This document shows, piece by piece, positions 12,629 to 24,452 of a stretch of 64,000 nt of DNA. The DNA is taken from contig NC_086108.1 of NCBI RefSeq assembly GCF_963921235.1, positions 116,624,001 to 116,688,000 on the forward strand. Direction: 5' to 3'. A program made the position numbers and the translations under genes. This stretch comes from Mobula hypostoma. Lineage: Eukaryota. The notes beneath the pieces are model-generated. The model searched no databases and was not told the DNA's origin. It saw only the letters and a list, made by a program, of their open reading frames with translations. Position 1 is the stretch's first letter. Each line of letters begins with the position of its first letter.

Positions 12629-13350
12629 TGCAGCACCCTGGTTCACATCTTTCCAGTAATGCTGTAGGTATTTCATTTAGCAGCTCTGTAAGAGCTGTTT
12701 GTTCTGCTTTCAGCCTCTTTGGCTTATTGTTGAAGATAAGGGATGATGTGGAATGTTAGCCATCCAATTAATGAGAGGTTTTTCTTGGTGAGGAACAATA
12801 ACGTTGGTCTTAGGCTTTGGTCTGGGAGGAGATGAAGAGAGAAGACACTGCGGAGAAGTGGTTGTAGCATACGATCTGGTAGGAGACCTGTTTGTTCGAG
12901 ATGGATTGTGAGCGACGTTCGGAAGGTGGTGTGGGCGTTCACGCTGAATGAGGGCCCAGTTTGTGAGTGACAGAGAAGTTCAAGATGAGCTCCAATTTGT
13001 GCACATTTGACTGTTTAATTAAAATGGGCCTTTTTCTTTTTGTTATTCTTTACTAACCCTTTAGTTAAGATTCATAAACATAATTCCTTTAATCGTGTCT
13101 GTTATTTCATGGCATTAATTTGTAACAGGGTAGTGAATTACACAGGATGCACATGTAAGGCTCAGGGCTATTGGCTCATGTTTATCTAGGGGAAACCCCA
13201 TCCACCCACCAAACCGTGCCTCACGTTTGCATAGTTGCTAATACCCTGGTACAAAATCACACATCAAATATCAGACAGCACACAACGTACGATTTACAGA
13301 TTACACTTTATAGATGTTACTGGAACTATGTAATTAATAGAGATACAGTA
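12629..13350. mobile_element. Possible LTR-like/unclassified repeat remnants
   Basis: Begins TG exactly where the CR1 RT sequence breaks. Non-coding. No TSD resolved. Confidence 0.3.
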
Positions 13351-15650
13351 CTTTATACTATATACTTTATTGTCGCCAAACAATTGGTACTAGAACATAC
13401 AATCATCACAGCAATATTTGATTCTGCATTTCTCACTCCCTGGATTACAAATATTAAATATTAAAAATAGTAAAATTAGTAAATATTAAAAATTTAAATT
13501 ATAAATCATAAATAGAAAATAGAAAAATGGAAAGTAAGGTAGTGCAAAAAAACTGAGAGGCAGGTCCGGATATTTGGAGGGTACGGCCCAGATCCGGGTC
13601 AGGATCCGTTCAGCAGTCTTATCACAGTTGGAAAGAAGCTGTTCCCAAAATCTGGCCGTATGAGTCTTCAAGCTCCTGAGCCTTCTCCCGGAGGGAAGAG
13701 GGACGAAAAGTGTGTTGGCTGGGTGGGTCGTGTCCTTGATTATCCTGGCAGCACTGCTCTGACAGCATGCGGTGTAAAGTGAGTCCACGGACAGAAGGTT
13801 GGTTTGTGTGATGTGCTGCACCGTGTTCACGATCTTCTGCAGCTTCTTTCCATCTTGGACAGGACAACTTCCATACCAGGTTGTGATGCACCCTAGAAGA
13901 ATGCTTTCTACGGTGCATCTATAAAAATTAGTGAAGGTTTTAGGGGACAGTCCAAATTTCTTTAGTTTTCTCAGGAAGTAAAGGCGCTGTTGGGCCTTCT
14001 TGGCAGTGAACTCTGTTTGGCTGGACCCCGAGGAACTTAAAGCTTTTGACCTGTTCCACTTGCGCACCACCGATGTAAATTGGGTCGTGTGGTCCGCTAC
14101 TCCATCTGAAGTCAACAACCAATTCCTTCATCTTGCTGATGTTGAGGGATAGGTTATTGTCTTCACACCATGCCACCAGGTTCTTAATTTCCTCTCTGTA
14201 CTCCTACTCATCATTACCCGAGATACGGCCGACAATTGTTGTGTCATCAGCAAACTTATATATTGAGTTTGATGGAAACTTGGCAACACAATCATGGGTG
14301 TACAGTGGGTACAGCAGGATGCTGAGTACACAGCCTTGTGGGGCACCGGTGCTCAGAGTGATTGTAGAGGAGAGCTTGTCCCCTATTTTTACAGCCTGGG
14401 TCCTGTCTATGAGGAAGTTGAAGATCCAGCTGCAGATCTGAGTGCTAAGGCCCAGGTTCCGGAGCTTAGGAATCAGTTTATTTGGAATGATGGTATTAAA
14501 GGCAGAGCTGTAGTCAATGAAAGGGAGCCTTACCTATGCGTCTTTATTCTCCAGGTGTTCTAAGGAGGAATGTAGGGCCAGAGAGATGGCATCTGCCGTT
14601 GACCTGTTGCTCCGGTAGGTGAATTGCAAAGCGTCGAGGTTGACCGGTAGGCTATAGTTGATGTGTGCCATAACCAATCTCTCGAAGCACTTCATAGCAA
14701 TTGATGTCAGAACCACAGGTCGATAGTCATTCAGGCATGCCACCTTGCTCTTCTTCGGCACTGGGATTATCGTTGCCTTCTTAAAACACGAGGGGATCTT
14801 AGACTGAAGCAAGGAACAGTTGAAGATGTCAGCAAACACTCCAGCTAGCTCGCTTGCACGGGCCCGGAGAACCCGTCCTGGGATGCCATCTGGGCCCGTC
14901 GCCTTCCTTGGATTTATCTTCAGGAAGGCCCTTCTAACGTCCTCCTCTGTGACGATGAATCTGGATGCCACCAGGTCCGGTTCATCCGGAGGGAGCGGGA
15001 CGCTCCTCTTCTGTTCGAATAGAACATAGAGCATAGAAAAGTACAGCACAGTACAGGCCCTTCGGCCCACAATGTCTCCCATATAACCCCCACCTTAAAT
15101 TCCTCTAGTAGTCTGTTAAACTTCACTAGTGTATCTGCCTCCACCACTGACTCAGGCAGTGCATTCCACGCACCAACCACTCTCTGAGTAAAAAACCTTC
15201 CTCTAATATCCCCCTTGAACTTCCCACCCCTTACCTTAAAGCCATATCCTCTTGTATTGAGCAGTGGTGCCCTGGGGAAGAGGCTCTGGCTATCCACTCT
15301 ATCTTGCGTAGAATACGTTAAGTTCGTCAGGAAGAGAAGCGCCACAGTTATTGATATTCCCAGTCTTTTCTTTGCGCCCAGTGATCTCATTTAGACCCTG
15401 CCATATTCTACTGGCATCCTTTGGTTAGCCTGGGCTTCCAACTTGGCTCGATATTGCCTCTTGGCGCCCTTAATGGCTTTTCAGTGTTCACGCCTGGATT
15501 CCGTGTAGCGACTGGTATCCCCGGACCTAAAATCCACAGCTCTAGCCTTTAAAAGGGACTTGACCTCATAATTCATCCAAGGTTTCCGGTTAGGGAATAC
15601 CCGGATCGTCTTGCGAGACACACAGTCCTCCGTGCATTTCCAAATATAGA
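13350..15650 (-). mobile_element. Rex1/Babar-type LINE (RT and 3' end), interrupted by a CR1 3' fragment at ~15021-15303
   Basis: ORFs 14534-15082 (KATGPDGIPGRVL, CLNDYRPVVLTSIAMKCFERLV) and 13486-14118 (KAQQRLYFLRKLKKF, FYRCTVESIL) are characteristic of Rex1/Babar RT. Confidence 0.9.
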
Positions 15651-16360
15651 AGGAAAGTAAAAGGCGCCAAACTTATCAGAGTTCAACCACCTCGTGCACA
15701 AACGTTGGAGATCAATTAACGGAGTCTCCTTTCCACATTTGATCTCCTCCGACCTCCTCGACCCGCCGCCTGGGTCGACCAGAGCGGGTCCAGCACGTCC
15801 TTCCTCTTCAGTTCTCCTCCCGAAAAGCCCGCCAAACCACATGGTCCCCAGCCATATGAGTCAGAATATCACCCACAAAATGCATCATCTTGACTTTGAA
15901 ATAGTTCTTTGGATGTATTGTGGCAAGGATTTGGTCCATAATGACAGATGAGGAAACTCATTACACTTAAATCCATTTTGTTATGATAAACACGAAACAG
16001 ACCAGGCACCTTGATTCGAACAGAGGATCCAACTGGTCTCACACAGACGGGGGAGGTGCATCACACACCCTGGTTATAGTTAGGGCAACCCACAAATATA
16101 CAAGCCAATAACTGCATAGCCCAAGCTAAAATGTAACAAAAAAATGAACTGGAGCTTCCCACCATAATCCCACAAAACTATAAACTGCTGGTCATTAGAA
16201 CTATGTAGCAGGCTGTCGATCACCATCCCCCCACCCCCGGGGCGTCATAGTGCTCCCACCCGAGATGTCAGCCATCCTTGGCAAACCCAGATTTCATAAC
16301 GAAGTCCAAGAGTCCCTGTCGTAGTCGACATTGCTACCGTTGTGGAGTGGGGGTTTCTGG

Positions 16361-17233
16361 TGTTACGTAACCCGTAACTGGGTTGCCAAACCAGCAGAAA
16401 TGGATCACTCAGTTGGAGTCTGGATTACTAGAACTAAGAAAGTTTTATTAAAGAAACAAGCAACACAGTACTCTAATCAAAAGGATAATAAATGCAACAG
16501 TTCAGCAATGATAAACACACATGTGCACAGAATTAAGATGACAGGATCAATCAAGCTCTATCGTTGTCTAGGGGTAAATGACCAGTTTCAAAGTGACGCA
16601 AAGTTCAGTTCAATTTAGTTCAGTTCAGTTCGCAGACAGTGGGGGGATGGAGAGAGAGAGCAAAACGAATGAATATTCAAACGGCTTCCACACACAGACC
16701 TTCGCAGTCAGCTTTCGGGCGAGTCCTTTGTGATGTCACCTGAGGTCACCGACCGTGACCCCTCCTTTTCCAGATACGATCGTTTCTCTGCGGTGAACCC
16801 GGCACCCAGGCAAGGGTGGACACACACCAGGTTCCCGCCGATCGTGCCTTTCCACCCTGTGCGTTTATGGCTTGATCCCGCGATCAGTCATCCAAAACTG
16901 CCCACCGACTTGTGAGAGACGCACCGCTCCCAGGGTCTCGTTACCTCGGGGTGTCGTGTGTGTGTCCTGCCTTAGCGAACCTGTCCCTTTTTATCCCCCT
17001 GCTGGGGTATCGCCTGCCCATCACTTCAAACAGTTCAGGGTTCAAAGGGGGAGCCGCTCTTGACAGCTCTACTTCCGTTAAACTCTCAAGTCCCTTCATT
17101 AACATCTCCAAATGCTGCTCCATTGTTTTCCTTATCTCTCTCTCCTCTGAAGACAGGCGGCAGACCAACTGCTGATCCCACTGGTGCCAGCACAGGACAG
17201 CTAACATCTTAATCTATGTGTATTTTCGTCACA
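16361..17233 (-). mobile_element. Solo LTR (873 bp), copy 1, with 4-bp TSD CTGG
   Basis: Termini TGTTACG...CGTCACA. CTGG at 16357-16360 and 17234-17237. Reverse-complement homologue at 58411-59250. Confidence 0.9.
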
Positions 17234-18277
17234 CTGGACACCCCCTTACTCCCCGGGGGAGGCACGGTTTAGTGAGGCAAGAGAGAGGGCTCCCGGAGCG
17301 TCACTTCGTTCCTGCAGCCTCACTGGGTCGGTGCAACACGCGACCGCACCTAATAGACCACATCAGAGCACCTCTCCCGACCCCTTCCAGTGTCGTCCCA
17401 GCCTGAGGGATAGTCCCTTCTCCCAGGAGCCCCCGCCAAATGTTACTGCATTGGTGCCCGAAACTGGCGGCCCAGCCCCTTCTGGGACGTTCAAGCATCG
17501 CAGCAGCGCGCGTCCTGCCTGTACCCCGGTCAGTAAAAGCATTGGTGCAGCTTGCTCAAAGTCTTCGGATCCTGAAATGACCGCCCCCCCACCCCCACCA
17601 GCCTGGGCACCGACCACAGCACCATGACGCGGAGCCCCCGGACCACCAGCTGCCGGAGATGTCTGCCACCGCCGGAAGAGCAAACCATCAATAGATCCCC
17701 ACTGAGAGTATAGGGCGTTGGTCTCCGGATCCAGGGCGGGGACCTCTGCCCACTCCGGCCGCCGTCACACACTCAGTCAACACCTGACCCGGGCCAGCAC
17801 CGGATCGCTCACCTGCCCGCCGCGCAGCTGCTAGTGGTCCATGGTGGGGAGTCGCCGCCGGCCGTAACCATCACTTGTCCCTGGTTCTGCTGGGTTGCTT
17901 GGGCCGCAGCGGCTTGTGCTGCACTGCTGCGGGCCACTGTAAGACCGGTGGAGGTTGCTGCTGTGCCCACCCAGTTCGCTTCCTGGAGCTGCCCTGCCGG
18001 AGAGCCACGGCTTCAGCGCCGAGGTAGAGTGTTGCCCCTGCACTTCCACACGCTCCCGCGCCCTCAACCTCACCCCAGCGGAACAGCAGGTCCAGGCCAG
18101 TTATGCAGGACTCCTGGATGTCAGTGAGCCACATCTCTGCTCCACAGTGTATCTCCCCAATGCGATGCGCAGCCACCTCTTCCCGCAGCCGGCTGGACCG
18201 CTGTAGTTGACCACCCAGGAGGGGATGGCTGGCTTGTGTTGGGCAGGATACCTGGACAGATGCCGGTGATGGTTGAA

Positions 18278-19043
18278 GCAACACTCACAACACGCTGGAG
18301 GAACTCAGCAGGTCAGGCAGCATCCGTGGAAAAGATCGGTCGACGTTTCGGGCCGGAACCCTTCGTCAGGACTGTAGGGGGAAGGGGCAGAGGCCCTATA
18401 AAGAAGGTGGGGGGAGGGTGGGAAGGAGCAGGCTGGTAGGTTCCAGGTGAAAAACCAGTGAGGGGAAAGATAAAGGGGTGGGGGAGGGAAGCAGGGAGGT
18501 GATAGGCAGGAAAGGTGAAGAAGGAATAGGGGAAAACACAATGGGTAGTAAAAGGAGGCGGAACCATGAGGGAGGTGGTAGGCAGCTGGAGGAGGGGGCA
18601 GAGTGACATAGGGATAGAGGAAGGGAGGGGGAGGGAATTACCGGAAGTTGGAGAATTCTATGTTCATACCAAGGGGCTGGAGACTACCTAGACGGTATAT
18701 GAGGTGTTGCTCCTCCAACCTGAGTTTAGCCTCATCATGGCAGTAGAGGAGGCCATGTATGGACATATCTGAATGGGAATGGGAAGCAGAGTTGAAGTGG
18801 GTGGCTACCGGGAGATCCTGTCTGTTTTGGTGGACGGAGTGGAGGTGCTCGACGAAGCGGTCCCCCAATCTGCGTCGGGTTTCACCGATGTAGAGGAGGC
18901 CGCACCGGGAGCACCGGATGCAATAGGTGACCCCAACAGACTCACAAGTGAAGTGTTGCCTCACCTGGAAGGACTGTTTGGGGCCCTGAATGGTGGCAAG
19001 AGAGGAGATATAGGGACAGGTGTAGCACTTACGCTTACAGGGA
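18278..19043 (-). mobile_element. 5'-truncated Penelope-like element: GIY-YIG endonuclease C-terminus (18638-19043) plus pyrimidine-rich tail and terminal repeat
   Basis: CKRKCYTCPY...VTYCIRCSRCGLLYIGETRRRLGDRFVEH...EQHLIYRLGSLQPLGMN is a PLE GIY-YIG domain with Cys motifs; ORF still open. Confidence 0.92.
18339..18372 (-). ncRNA. Minimal type-I hammerhead ribozyme motif in Penelope terminal repeat
   Basis: Minus strand GTC-CTGACGA-AGGGTTCCGGCCC-GAAAC-GTC-GAC: CUGANGA and GAAA core, stem II GGG/CCC, palindromic ACGU stem III, GUC cleavage triplet, stem I GUC/GAC. Confidence 0.8.
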
Positions 19044-22000
19044 TGGACCCTGTTTCCACCAACGCGCGGGGTCTGAAACCCTCCACCACGCAGTCCACAT
19101 AAGGCTTGCTCTTCACCGAAACGGCACACCCGAAAGGGAGACATGGAGCGGTTCTGCTGGAGGTCTCGGGCGGCGCTGCCCGCTCGGCGTACCGGATGGC
19201 TGCGCTGAGCTGTGGTGTGGTGCTGGTCCACGGCCTGTGACATGGGCTCCTTCTCCGCCTCGGTGACACAAGCCCGGGCTCGCAGCGTGCTCGGCGATGC
19301 TAGAACGCCTTGGGGCGCGGGGGGTGGGGTGGGGAGGAAGCTAAAATTGCTTCTGCTCTCTCCGCTTCGCCCAGCGATGATGGTGATAACATGCTGCCGA
19401 AGGCGCTCCGGCCTCAGCGCCTTTGGAGAGCAAGCCTGGGCCGTGGGAGGGAACTGGGGGGAGTCATGCTGAACACTGGCGGAGATTCCCCCTCCCCCCT
19501 AAGCTTTCTCCCATACGGCGCCCTCTGCTGCACAGTTCTCCCCTCATTGCCTCTGCTCGAAACGCCGCTCCAGCGCCACTACGAGGGCCCTGTAGTCACT
19601 CTGCGCCGCCGGTGTTAGGTCGAGAGGGCCCGCAGGTCTCTAATGCCGGGACAAGGTGCACTGTCGTCTCGGTGGGGCACCCATTGTGCCATGCGGCAAG
19701 TTTGACGAGCCAGGTTAGGCTCCAGGCGGCTGGTACCCTTGTATCTGGGGAGCTTACGGATGGACCTTGTGGTGCGAATCGTCGAGGCCCGTTGGTCTTC
19801 CTCTTGCTCCAGCGGCGTCGTCATGGTTCCCAGCATCCCACGGCAATAGTGTACTGGGTTCGTCGGTGCAGGTCGCAGCAGAGGCGAGTGATGCGCTCTG
19901 CTCTGCCCCGGGTTGGGGACCCTTTTTATATATATATATACAAAATATCTATTACAAATGCAGTGCTATAATATATACAAACCAGTGGCTAACACAATTA
20001 CTACACTGCAAATAGACAATACACATTGAACTAAAATGTATAATGGAGCTATGATGTGGTGGCCGTTACAGATCCTTGGCTGGTGCAGGGGCAGGAATGG
20101 TTACTTCGAGTGCCAGGCTTTAGACGTTTCAGAAAGGACAGGGAGGGAGGTAAATGGGGTGGGGGTGTGGCACTGCTGATCAGACATAGTGTCACGGTTG
20201 CAGAAAAGGAGGAAGTCATGGAGGGATTGTCTACAAATTCTCTGTGGGTCGAAGTTAGGAATAGGAAGGGGTCAATAACTCCACTGTGTGTTTTTTTTAT
20301 ATATAGACCACCCAATAGTAACAGGGACATCGAGGAGCAGATAGGGAGACACATTCAGGGTTGTTGTGGTGGGCAATGTTAATTTCTGAAATATTGATTG
20401 GCTTGTTCCTGGAGCGAGGGGTTTAAATAGGATGGAGTTTGTTATGTGTGTTCAAGAAGGTTCTTGACACAATAGGTAGATAAGCCTACGAGAGGAGAGG
20501 CTGTATTTGATCTGGTATTGGGAAATGAACCTGGTCAGGTGTCAGATCTCTCAGTGGGAGAGCATTTTGGAGATAGTGATCACAACTCTATCTCCTTTTC
20601 CATAGCATTGGAGAGGGATAGGAATAGACAAGTTAGGAAAGCGTTTAATTGGAGTAAGGGAAAATATGAGGCTATAAGGCAGGAACTTCGAAGCATAAAA
20701 TGGGAACAGATGTTCTCAGGGAGTACTGTACAGAATGTACGGAAGAAATGTGGCAAATGTTCAGGGGATATTTGCATGGTGTTCTGCATAGGTATGTTCC
20801 AATGAGACAGGGAAAAGATGGTAGGATACAGGAAGCGTGGTATACAAAGGCTGTTGTAAATCTAGTCAAGAAGAAAAATAGAGCTTACGAAAGGTTCAAA
20901 AAGCCAGACAGTGATAGAGAGCTAGAAGATTATCAGGCTAGCAGGAAGGAGCGCAAGAACAAAATTAGGAGCGCCAGAAGGGGTCATGAGAAGGCTTGGC
21001 GAGCAGGATTAAGGAAAACCCCAAGGCATTGTACAAGTATGTAAAGAGCAAGAGGATAAGACGTGAGAGATTAGATCCAATCAAGTGTGACAGTGGAAAA
21101 GTGTGTATGGAACCGGAGGGGATTGCAGAGGTACTTAATGAATACTTTGCTTCAGTATTCACTACGGAAAAGGATTTTGGTGATTGTAGGGATGACTTAC
21201 AGTGGATTGAAAAGCTTGAGCAAATAGACATTAAGAAAGAGGCTGTTCAAGAGCTTTTGGAAAGCATCAAGTTGAATAAGTCACTGGGACCGGACGTGAT
21301 GTTCTGTTTATATGAGATGTACCCCAGGCTACTCTGGGAGGCAAAGGAGGAGACTGCTGAGCCTCTGGCAATGATCATTGCATTATCAATGGGGATGGGA
21401 GAGGTTCTAGAGGAGTAGAGGTTTGTTGATGTTGTTCCAGTATTCAAGAAACTGAATAGAGATAGCCCAGGAAATTATAGACCAGAGAGTCTTACTTCAG
21501 TGGTTGCTAAGTTGATGGAGAAGATCCTGAGTGGCAGGATTTATGAACATTTGGAGAGGTATAATATTATTAGGAATAGTCAGCATGGCTTTGTCAAAGG
21601 CAGGTCATGCCATACTAGCCTGATTGAATTTTCTGAGGATGTGACTAAACACATTGATGAAAGTAGAGCAGTAGATGTAGTGTTTCTGGATTTCAGCAAG
21701 GCATTTGATAAGGTACCCCATGCAAGGCTTATTGAGAGAGTAAGGAGGCATGGGATCCAAGGGGACATTGCTTTGTGGATCCAGAACTGGCTTGCTCACA
21801 GAAGGCAAAGAGTAGGGGTCATATTCTGCATGGAGTTCGACCACCAGTAGTGTGCCTCAGGGATCTGTTTTGTGACCCCTACTATTCGTGATTTTTATAA
21901 ATGGCCTGGATGAGGAAGTGGAGGGATGGGTCAGTAAATTTGCTGATGACACCAAGGTTGGGGGTGTTGTGGATAGTGTGGAGGGATGTCAGAAGATACA

Positions 22001-22281
22001 GCGGGACATATGATGGAAAGCAACAATGGGCTGAGCAGTGGCAGATGGAGTTCAACCCAGATAAGTGTAAGGTGGTTCATTTTGGTAGGTCAAATACAGA
22101 ATATAGTATTAATGGTAAGACTCTTGGCAGTGGGGAGGATCAGAGGGATCTTGGGGTCCGAGTCCATAGGACACTCAAAGCTGCTGCACAGGTTGACTCT
22201 GTGGTTAAGAAAGCATGCAGTGCATTGGCCTTCATCAGTTGTGGGATTGAATTTAGGAGCCGAGAGTTGATGTTGGAGCTA

Positions 22282-23892
22282 CAGTGGCATGCAAAGTTTT
22301 GGGCAACCCTGGTCAAAATTTCTGTTACTGTGAATAGCTAAGTGAGTAAAAGATGACCTGATTTCCAAAAGATATAAAGTTAAAGATGACATATTTCTTT
22401 AATATTTTAAGCAAGATTATCTTTTTATTTCCATCTTTTACAGTTTCAAAATAACAAAAAAGGAAAAAGGCCCGAAGCAAAAGTTTGGGCACCCTGCATG
22501 GTCAGTACTTAGTAACACCCCCTTTGGCAAGTATCACAGCTTGTAAACGCTTTCTGTAGGCAGCTAAGAGTCTTTCAGTTCTTGTTTGGGGGATTTTCAC
22601 CCAATCCGCCCTGTAAAAGGCTTCTAGTTCTGTGAGATTCTTGGGCCATCTTGCATGCACTGTTCTTTTGAGGTCTATCTGCAGATTTGCAATGATGTTT
22701 AAGTCAGAGGACTGTGAGAACCATGGCAAAACATTCAGCTTTTGCCTCTCGAAGTAGTCCATTGTAGATTTTGAGGTGTATTTAGGATCATTGTCCTGTT
22801 GTAGAGGCCATCCTCTTTTCATCTTCTACTGTTTTACAGACGGTGTGATGTTTGCTTTCAGAATTTGCTGGTATTTAATTGAATTCATTCTTCCCTCTAC
22901 CAGTGAAATGTTCTCCGTGCCGCTGGCTGCAACACAAGCCCAAAGCATGATCGATCCACCCCCGTGCTTAACAGTTGGAGAGGTGTTCTTTTCGCGAAAT
23001 TCTGCACCCTTTTTTTCCCAAACACATCCTTGCTAACGGCGGCCAAAAACTTCATCAGTCCACAGGACTTGTTTCCAAAGTGCATCAGGCTTGTTTTGAT
23101 GTTCCTTTGCAAACTTCTGACGCTGAATTTTATGGTGAGGACGCAGGAAAGGTTTTCTTCTGATGACTCTTCCATGAAGGTCATATTTGTGCAGGTGTCA
23201 CTGCACAGTAGAACAGTACACCACCACTCCAGAGTCTGCTAAATCTTCCTGAAGGTCTTTTGCAGCCAAATGGGGGTCTTGATTTGCCTTTCTAGCAATC
23301 GTACGAGCAGTTCTTTCGGAAAGTTTTCTTGGTCTTCCAGACCTCAACTTGATCCCCACCGTTCCTGTTAACTGCCATTTCTGAATTATATTACAAACTG
23401 AGGAAACGGCTATGTGAAAGCACTTTGCTATCTTCTTATAACCTTCTCCTGCTTTGTGGGCATCATTTATTTTAATGTTCAGAGTGCTAGGCAGCTGTCT
23501 AGAGAAGCCCATGTTTGATGATTGTTGGGACAAGGTTTGAGGAGTCAGGGTATTTATAAAGCTTTGAAATTTGCATTACCTGGCCTTTCCTAACGATGAC
23601 TGTGAACAAGCCATAGCCCTAACAAGTTAGTGAAGGTCTGAGACCTTGGTAAACGTTATCTGAAAGCTCAAATCTCTTGGGGTGCCCAAACTTCTGCATG
23701 GTGCTCCTTTCCTTTTTTTCCACTCTAAAATTGTACAAAACAATAATAATACCCTAATCTTGCTTAAAATGTTGTAAATAATGTTTCTTCTTTAACTTTA
23801 TGACTTTTGGAGATCAGTTCATCTTCTACTCACTTAACTGTTCATAGTAACAGAAATTTTGAACAAGGGTGCCAAACTTCTGCATGCCACTG
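22282..23892 (-). mobile_element. Full-length Tc1/mariner DNA transposon (1611 bp) with long IR/DR-type TIRs (~220 bp) and TA TSD
   Basis: TA|CAGTGGCATGCA...TGCATGCCACTG|TA. The AAGTTTGGGCACCC-type motif recurs at both ends of each TIR. Confidence 0.96.
22502..23512 (-). pseudogene. Tc1 transposase pseudogene
   Basis: MGFSRQLPSTL..HKAGEGYKKIAK..RSGRPRK (paired-like HTH); QQDNDPKYTS..DLNIIANL..LQAVILAKGGVTKY. Stops and frameshifts; the catalytic Glu position appears to read Ala. Confidence 0.93.
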
Positions 23893-24452
23893 TATATAGG
23901 ACCCTGGTCACACCCCAGTACTGTGCTCAGTTCTGGTCGCCTCACTATAGGAAGGTTGTAGAAACAATGGAAAAGGCGCAGAGGAGATTTACAAGGATCT
24001 TGCTTGGATTGGGGAGCATGTGTTATGAGAATAGGTTGAGTGAACTCGGCCTTTTCTCCTTGGAGCGACGGAGGATGAGAGGTGACCTGATAGAGGTGTA
24101 TAAGATGATGAGAGGCATTGATCTTGTGGATAGTCAGAGGCTTTTTCCCAGGGCTGAAATGGCTAGCACCAGAGGGCACAGTTTTAAGGTGCTTGAAAGC
24201 AGGTGCAGAAGAGATTTCAGGGGTACGTTATTTACGCAGAGAGTGGTGAGTGCGTGGAATGGGCTCCCGGTGACGGTGGTGGAGGTGGATACGATTGGGT
24301 CTTTTAAGAGTCTCCTGGACAGGTACATGGAGCTCAGAAAAATAGAGGGCTATGGGTAACCTTAGGTAATTTCTGAGGCAGGGACATGTTCGACACAGCC
24401 TTGTGGGCCGAAGGGCCTGTATTGTGCTGTAGCTTTTCTATGTTTCTATGTT

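Larger units (their letters stand above)
17234..19915 (-). mobile_element. Decayed, internally deleted Ty3/Gypsy LTR retrotransposon (gag, protease, partial integrase-proximal region, PPT), interrupted by a Penelope element
   Basis: Minus-strand fragments KLPRYKGTSRLEPNLA/VKLAAWHNG..TVHL..ALE and DYRALVVALERRF (gag); VEGFRPRALVETGS and EMWLTDIQESCITGLDLL (aspartic protease); ALYSQWGSIDGLLFRRW; polypurine GGGGAGTAAGGGGG near 17241-17254. Confidence 0.75.
20040..24452 (+). mobile_element. CR1 LINE, nearly whole ORF2 (EN+RT), decayed, 3' tail (TTCTATGT)n; interrupted by Tc1 at 22282-23892
   Basis: EN motifs (YRPPNS, HFGDSDHNSI), RT motifs (LDFSKAFDKVPH, FADD); reading resumes after the Tc1 (YRTLV..QYCAQFWSP). 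Confidence 0.93.

Noticed and set aside
16361..17233. LTR as the 3' LTR of the adjacent Gypsy gag-pro element
   Set aside because: Flanked by its own 4-bp TSD (CTGG), so it is better explained as an independent solo LTR.
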